DNA from: a virus
Lineage: Duplodnaviria; Caudoviricetes
Length of the DNA stretch: 64,000 bases
Reading direction: 5' to 3' (one strand)
Virus record (IMG/VR): IMGVR_UViG_3300028888_000116
Span: 1-64,000 of that record
The notes below the pieces were generated by a model, which did no database searches, was not told where the DNA came from, and saw only the letters and a list, made by a program, of their open reading frames with translations. A program made the translations under genes and the position numbers. Shown here in pieces: positions 58,762 to 64,000 of the stretch. How positions within the stretch are numbered: position 1 is the first letter of the stretch; every line of letters begins with the position of its first letter.

Positions 58762-61700
58762 ATGAGTAGATTCACTTCAACATCAGAATTTGACATTAAT
58801 CGAAGAGTTCAAATTACAAATGAAACTCCTGTTTACAATCTTTTTGAAGCACTTAATAGTACAATGCAGAACGATTTCTATGAATGGTTTATTGGAAACC
58901 AGGAAATCAGATATGATGTGCCTTATTCAATTAAACAGGAAAATCCTAATGGAAAATATGAAGATAACTCTGTAGCTGGAACAGTCGGAAGATTTGATAT
59001 TATTCGCGACAATCAAGAATCTGATGGCCCAACAAAGTTTGATAGACTTGAAAAGAATCAAGTTTATTATAAATATGTAAATGGTGGAGTTTCTCCAATT
59101 TATGGTCCAAAGCCAAAATCAGAATTAGATGGCCCAAATACTCATTATCATTCTATGAAGCTGACTGGCGTTTTGATACCAGAGTTTGATTTACTTTTAC
59201 ATCATTCATATAGATACCTTGAGTGTTTATATCCCGACCACCCTGACTGGACATATCTTTTAACTCCAACAGAGTTCAATGACCAGATTAGAGCAGCAGG
59301 AAAAATTATAGATTATATTCCAAAAAACCTCTTTTTCGATAAAGTTGCTAAATCTTTAAGTAAGAGTTTTACAAATGATGAACTCATTGATGAAGCATCT
59401 ATGATTAAAATTCATAACTTAAAAGATGAAGCATATAGAAGAAAATTTTATGGAACTTATGCTGGATATAAAATGATTGGTAATGACATTTTCCAGCATA
59501 TTTCAGTATTCCCAGTTGCAACGTATCTTCCAATTAAGCCAGTTACTGAATCATATGATAATAAAACTCTTGAAGAATTGAGTAGAGATTTTGGAGAGAA
59601 CTTCAAAACAAGAGCTGAATGGGAATATTATGAAAAAACTCAATTAAGAAAAATTGATACATTCTCAAGTATTTATTCAAATAAATTTAAATTAATAGAT
59701 TATCAACCAAAGATGTATGGAAACTTCGCTGGATATAAAACATTCAGATATTTTACAACTCTCTGGTCTAATGATATTTACGAATTTATAGAAGATTATT
59801 CAGATATTACACTTCAATCTTCAAATATTTCTCAAACTGCTGTAATTAAGGATGCTGCAAATATCACTTATCAAATTACTAATAATGGAGTTCACGGAAT
59901 CTATTATTATGAAGATAAGGGGCCAAATGTAAGCCCAATTTCTATTACAAAAGAAAATGAAAGTATAGATTTATCTTATTATGTTTCAGTTGATGAAATA
60001 CTCCCTAAATCAGAAATTGAGTTTGAAGTATTTAATCTTTTTGATTCATACGTTACTGAAGAAAACGGAATTAAAAAGATAAACTTACCAGAGACAGATA
60101 CTACTTATTATCCTTTACTTATGCAGATGATTGCTCCTAATGAGATTGAGCAGCCAGTATGGAATAATATTTTTAAAACATTCCCAAAGGAAATTAAGAA
60201 AACATATAAAAATCCTTTAGTTAGAGATTCTTTATATCTTGACCCAGAGTCAACTCTTAAATGTTATAGAAATGATAAATTCTATAATAATGTAATTACA
60301 AAAGAAGCTCAAGATATTTATAAGATTTATAAGACAAAAAATAAGGATAGAGTTGATGCAGCTCTTCTTTATAGTTTCACACCGGGATTCTTCAAATGTA
60401 GATTTAATGAAGGTCTTGAAACAAGCGACCAGAGCCTTTTTGGAACTGGAGTTTTCTCAATTTCCATTATGAATAAAAATGATGAAGAATTCATTTTTAC
60501 AGCAAAGGGAAGTATTGATATTGAAATCTTAAATAGTTCTTCTCTTTATACATTTGGTGGTAACTTTAGAATCTTAACTGTGCCTCAATTAGTTGATGAA
60601 ACTTCAAAATTGGCTACAGCTTATTATACTCCAATCGTAGAGCCAATTCAGAACTATGAAAGATTTTTTGATAGTGAAACTGGAGAAATCTTAATTGATA
60701 AGAAATGTAAAATCGTTAAGATTTGTAGAATTGATGGAATTGGAGCAAATGATTGTGAAATAGATGCTCCACAAATTCAATTTAAGCCTATACCTTTCTT
60801 ATTTGATTCGTTCAGATTTGAAGATTTGAATTTTGGTTGGGGAAATTTCTTACCATTAATTGAAGATAGCTTCTTTAGATTTGATGAAGCACATATTAGA
60901 TTAGAAGATGTTTTATGTGGAGAAACTGATGTTTATCACGTATCTCCATTAACTTCAAATGTATTCTATAATATGGGATATTTCGTTGATAATTTATATG
61001 GAAATACTACCCTTTATGCTAAATCAGAATTAAATGAATCAATAAAAAATTATATTAAAAAGAATTTGGATTCATTCAACTTATATCCATCTGACTCACA
61101 AGAAGAAATAGAGATTGAAGGTAGAGTAGACCTTACAATCGAAGGCGGAGATAATTTAATCACATTTGAATCTGCTGCTTCAAAAGAAAGAATAAATACT
61201 CTTTCTATTGGAGATATTGTCACTGGAAACTGTGTTGATAGTGATGATGAAATTGTATTCATTACTGAAATTGGCTCTGATTATATTAGAGTAAGTAATA
61301 AATTACTTACATCGGGAACATTTGTTTTCAAATTTAATATTAAAGTAAACTCAGTAAAGGTTACCGAAGATAAGCCAATGGACTTCATTGATAGATTAAA
61401 AGGAGTAAATGAGTATGAATTTTATAACCCATTCTATCACGGAATTTATAGCCCATATAATAGTACTAAGAGAGCTTCAAAGGCTTATGTAAATGGAATT
61501 TCAAATATCAATAGCTGGAGACCTTATATTGAAGGCGGAAGATATAATGATGTATTCTATGCTACTCATAATTTTGAGGAAATAGAAGGTCAGCGACTTA
61601 TTCCATCTACAATTAAATTTGCAAATGATTTATTTGTAGAATATAACGCAGATAAGATTCTTTATTATCCAACTCGTTCTGGTAAAGAAGAATGTTTGAT

Positions 61701-64000
61701 GAGTGTTGAATGGCTCGATTATCTTGAAAATAAAGTAAATGAAGCATCAAGATTATCAGATAACATCAATGTTGGTGTTTGTGTTTCACTTCAAACTGAT
61801 TCTTCTGGTAATGTTACAACAGATACAAATATTAATTCTCAATTTAGAATTATGAAAGGCATTTGGGGAAAGACTGGTGGAAAGGCGGATTTCCCAATGT
61901 ACGCTAGAGTAGGAAATGGAAGTAAAACATTTAAATCATATTCAGTATCATCTATTTACTCTGGTACTGGAAAATCTGTTTATGGAAATTCCAAATACTC
62001 TCAAGAAACAACAGACTATAATTTTAAGGATAATATCGACCCTGACGGAGATGTAATTTCTCCAACAATGGATTACTATGGAGATAATGAAAATATCAGA
62101 AATACTATTGAAGCTAAACAAGTAATTTATAAAGATATTGATAACGCTTTATTTGAAGTAAGCTTCGGTGAGAATGATATTTTATCAAATTATAGTGTTG
62201 AAAATAAATTATATACTCTTATTCAAGTAAATATTTATAAACAAAATTTCAAAAATCTTTTGAAATACTCTACTTTTGAATGCAAGAGATGGGAAGAACA
62301 AGGTGGAGAATACGGAAAATATTTAGTTGATGAAGATAACGATAATAGATGGATTAAACTCTTAAATATTTCTGATAAAACAAGAAATATATTTGAAAGT
62401 GTTAGTAAACTCTTTGAGGTACCTGAAGAAGTAGAATTGCCTCAAGGTATCAGTAGAAATTCTGTATTCAAGAATGTTAATCAAGATTTACCAACATATA
62501 TGGGACATTGGAGTCCTGCTTCAGAAAAAGAAAATGAAAATGATGATAATTCTAAAATGGTTATCAAAAAGCCAGATACATCAAATTTCACATTTACTGA
62601 AAATAAAATTTATTATTGGATTGCTGATACTGCAGCTAAAATCCAACTTTGGAATGAAGATACCCAAAGAAATGAAGAATTCGAAGTTTCTGATTCAGCA
62701 ATCTTAACTGCTATTTTAACTGCATCTGGTAGAATTGATGATATTGAAAATGCTGAGCCTGGTAGAGACATTAATGAAGCGAAAGTTATTTGGGATATTA
62801 AGAATTTCAAATATTGTAATAACTTCGGCTCTGCAGATGATGATGAAGTTAATACAAGATATAATAGATTGAATATAGATGAGCCAGAAGAAGATTATAT
62901 TTATTCTGAAATTGGGCATACTTATGAAAGACTTTATGGTGAAGATATATTCTTGCAATTCATACTACAATCTTTAGGAATTTTCGGAAATGAAGAAACA
63001 CTAAAACAATGTACTTATTCTCTTGATGAAAGATACCAGACAATGGTAGAAAATAATGAATCAATTACATTTGAATCTTATAGTGATTTCTTAAAAGATA
63101 CAACTCCTTTTGAACTTTGCTTGATTAAACATATTGATACTCTTGAATATACTGATGGAGATTTCAGAAATCTTGTATTTAAAGAGTGCTTGAAATTAAT
63201 CAAAGATATGGGATATGTTACTTTAAAAGATGAAGATGAAACTCCTATTGATGATGCAAATAATGATAATATTGATTATCAGAATAAAGTAATGGCAGAA
63301 TTATTAGATGATGTTGAGAATATTGATTTTGCAGCCTCTAATAATGAAATTCCAAAGATATTAGTTTTAAATAATGCTTTAAAGAATTACATTATAATTG
63401 AAAATAAAGCGAACCCATTGAAGACAGTTAAGATTTGTGATTTGAAAGAAACACTTAGAGTAGCTGAATTCTCATTAAGAGCAATGGATTATGTAAAACC
63501 AGAAGATGATGAGAATGCACCAGATAATTATGCTGATACTGATGAAGCAATTAGAATATTTGGAATTATTGATGAAGATTACTTATTGAAATTCCCATCA
63601 TTGAACTCTAAAGTAAATATCTTAAACTTAAGAAAATTTATTGATGAAAATGTATTCTTGTTTACAACAAATGATATTATGATGATTCCAAAGGGAGCTG
63701 ATTTCCTTGCTGGAAAATTCATAAAAGAAGATATTATTTGTTTCTTCAAGACAAATGAGCAATTCTATATTTTCAAACTCAATAAGAATGATGTATTCGC
63801 TTCAACAATTGAGATTGAAAGATTTACAGAATCTGGTGTTTATAATGATGAATGGCTCCGATTAAAAGATGAAAAATATAACTCTATAAGCATTTCTAAA
63901 AAGATTAACTCAACATTCAAATTACCAAGAAAATATTTGAATGATAATTATGAGTTTGATTTAATCATAAATCCACAATTTATTGGAACTGGATTTGAGT
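58762..64000 (+). CDS. very large baseplate/tail structural protein, partial (>1746 aa, runs off the window)
   Basis: ATG at 58762 (MSRFTSTSEFDINRRVQ...) after an AGGG SD; the frame is open at every point I checked up to 64000; YRRKFYGTYAGYK recalls gp7/P2 gpI wedge motifs. Confidence 0.8.
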   Translation, partial: MSRFTSTSEFDINRRVQITNETPVYNLFEALNSTMQNDFYEWFIGNQEIRYDVPYSIKQENPNGKYEDNSVAGTVGRFDIIRDNQESDGPTKFDRLEKNQVYYKYVNGGVSPIYGPKPKSELDGPNTHYHSMKLTGVLIPEFDLLLHHSYRYLECLYPDHPDWTYLLTPTEFNDQIRAAGKIIDYIPKNLFFDKVAKSLSKSFTNDELIDEASMIKIHNLKDEAYRRKFYGTYAGYKMIGNDIFQHISVFPVATYLPIKPVTESYDNKTLEELSRDFGENFKTRAEWEYYEKTQLRKIDTFSSIYSNKFKLIDYQPKMYGNFAGYKTFRYFTTLWSNDIYEFIEDYSDITLQSSNISQTAVIKDAANITYQITNNGVHGIYYYEDKGPNVSPISITKENESIDLSYYVSVDEILPKSEIEFEVFNLFDSYVTEENGIKKINLPETDTTYYPLLMQMIAPNEIEQPVWNNIFKTFPKEIKKTYKNPLVRDSLYLDPESTLKCYRNDKFYNNVITKEAQDIYKIYKTKNKDRVDAALLYSFTPGFFKCRFNEGLETSDQSLFGTGVFSISIMNKNDEEFIFTAKGSIDIEILNSSSLYTFGGNFRILTVPQLVDETSKLATAYYTPIVEPIQNYERFFDSETGEILIDKKCKIVKICRIDGIGANDCEIDAPQIQFKPIPFLFDSFRFEDLNFGWGNFLPLIEDSFFRFDEAHIRLEDVLCGETDVYHVSPLTSNVFYNMGYFVDNLYGNTTLYAKSELNESIKNYIKKNLDSFNLYPSDSQEEIEIEGRVDLTIEGGDNLITFESAASKERINTLSIGDIVTGNCVDSDDEIVFITEIGSDYIRVSNKLLTSGTFVFKFNIKVNSVKVTEDKPMDFIDRLKGVNEYEFYNPFYHGIYSPYNSTKRASKAYVNGISNINSWRPYIEGGRYNDVFYATHNFEEIEGQRLIPSTIKFANDLFVEYNADKILYYPTRSGKEECLMSVEWLDYLENKVNEASRLSDNINVGVCVSLQTDSSGNVTTDTNINSQFRIMKGIWGKTGGKADFPMYARVGNGSKTFKSYSVSSIYSGTGKSVYGNSKYSQETTDYNFKDNIDPDGDVISPTMDYYGDNENIRNTIEAKQVIYKDIDNALFEVSFGENDILSNYSVENKLYTLIQVNIYKQNFKNLLKYSTFECKRWEEQGGEYGKYLVDEDNDNRWIKLLNISDKTRNIFESVSKLFEVPEEVELPQGISRNSVFKNVNQDLPTYMGHWSPASEKENENDDNSKMVIKKPDTSNFTFTENKIYYWIADTAAKIQLWNEDTQRNEEFEVSDSAILTAILTASGRIDDIENAEPGRDINEAKVIWDIKNFKYCNNFGSADDDEVNTRYNRLNIDEPEEDYIYSEIGHTYERLYGEDIFLQFILQSLGIFGNEETLKQCTYSLDERYQTMVENNESITFESYSDFLKDTTPFELCLIKHIDTLEYTDGDFRNLVFKECLKLIKDMGYVTLKDEDETPIDDANNDNIDYQNKVMAELLDDVENIDFAASNNEIPKILVLNNALKNYIIIENKANPLKTVKICDLKETLRVAEFSLRAMDYVKPEDDENAPDNYADTDEAIRIFGIIDEDYLLKFPSLNSKVNILNLRKFIDENVFLFTTNDIMMIPKGADFLAGKFIKEDIICFFKTNEQFYIFKLNKNDVFASTIEIERFTESGVYNDEWLRLKDEKYNSISISKKINSTFKLPRKYLNDNYEFDLIINPQFIGTGFE

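Noticed and set aside
58790-62958. Short ORFs listed in the track at 58790, 61050, 62474, 62613 and 62716
   Set aside because: They are off-frame or antisense shadows of the long ORF starting at 58762.
1-64000. Stop-codon reassignment (code 15 or 4), as in some gut jumbo phages
   Set aside because: Conserved genes (nrdD, helicases, terL parts) are full length in code 11, and TAG and TGA occur as genuine stops (e.g. 4342, 8718, 49173).
1-64000. CRISPR array, tRNA or rRNA genes
   Set aside because: No regularly spaced repeats or tRNA cloverleaf/T-loop signatures were recognised; the repeats found are coding duplications or terminators.

Overview
A 64-kb, very AT-rich slice of a large T4-like/jumbo myophage genome in the standard genetic code. 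The host is probably an anaerobic diderm gut or rumen bacterium; this is inferred from NrdD/NrdG, spanin-like genes and a BspA-type LRR fibre tip. The window contains DNA metabolism genes (N-terminal half of a eukaryote-like topoisomerase IB, SbcC/gp46 ATPase, NUDIX, NrdD/NrdG, SNF2 and DinG helicases, a divergent C5 cytosine methyltransferase). It also has a contractile-tail module (tail tube plus three tube-fold paralogues, gp25-like and gp6/J-like baseplate proteins, a fibre, and a >1740-aa ORF at the right edge that the ORF track missed), the terminase large subunit, auxiliary genes (SPFH, Hsp20, Thg1, GT2, GNAT, PIG-L, two metallophosphoesterases), a sigma70-like factor and many small ORFs. 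The standout is a fractured terminase gene: TerL-N ends in an Ala1 intein N-half and TerL-C starts with an intein C-half, together carrying the class 3 W-C-T signature, with a free-standing HNH endonuclease gene between them. Other notable signals are a truncated long-type Topo IB, a dual-frame spanin-like gene pair, apparent genome-wide avoidance of GATC and CATG, two recurring promoter motifs that often imply leaderless mRNAs, and a possibly virion-packaged sigma factor. All calls come from reading motifs by eye; no database searches were run.
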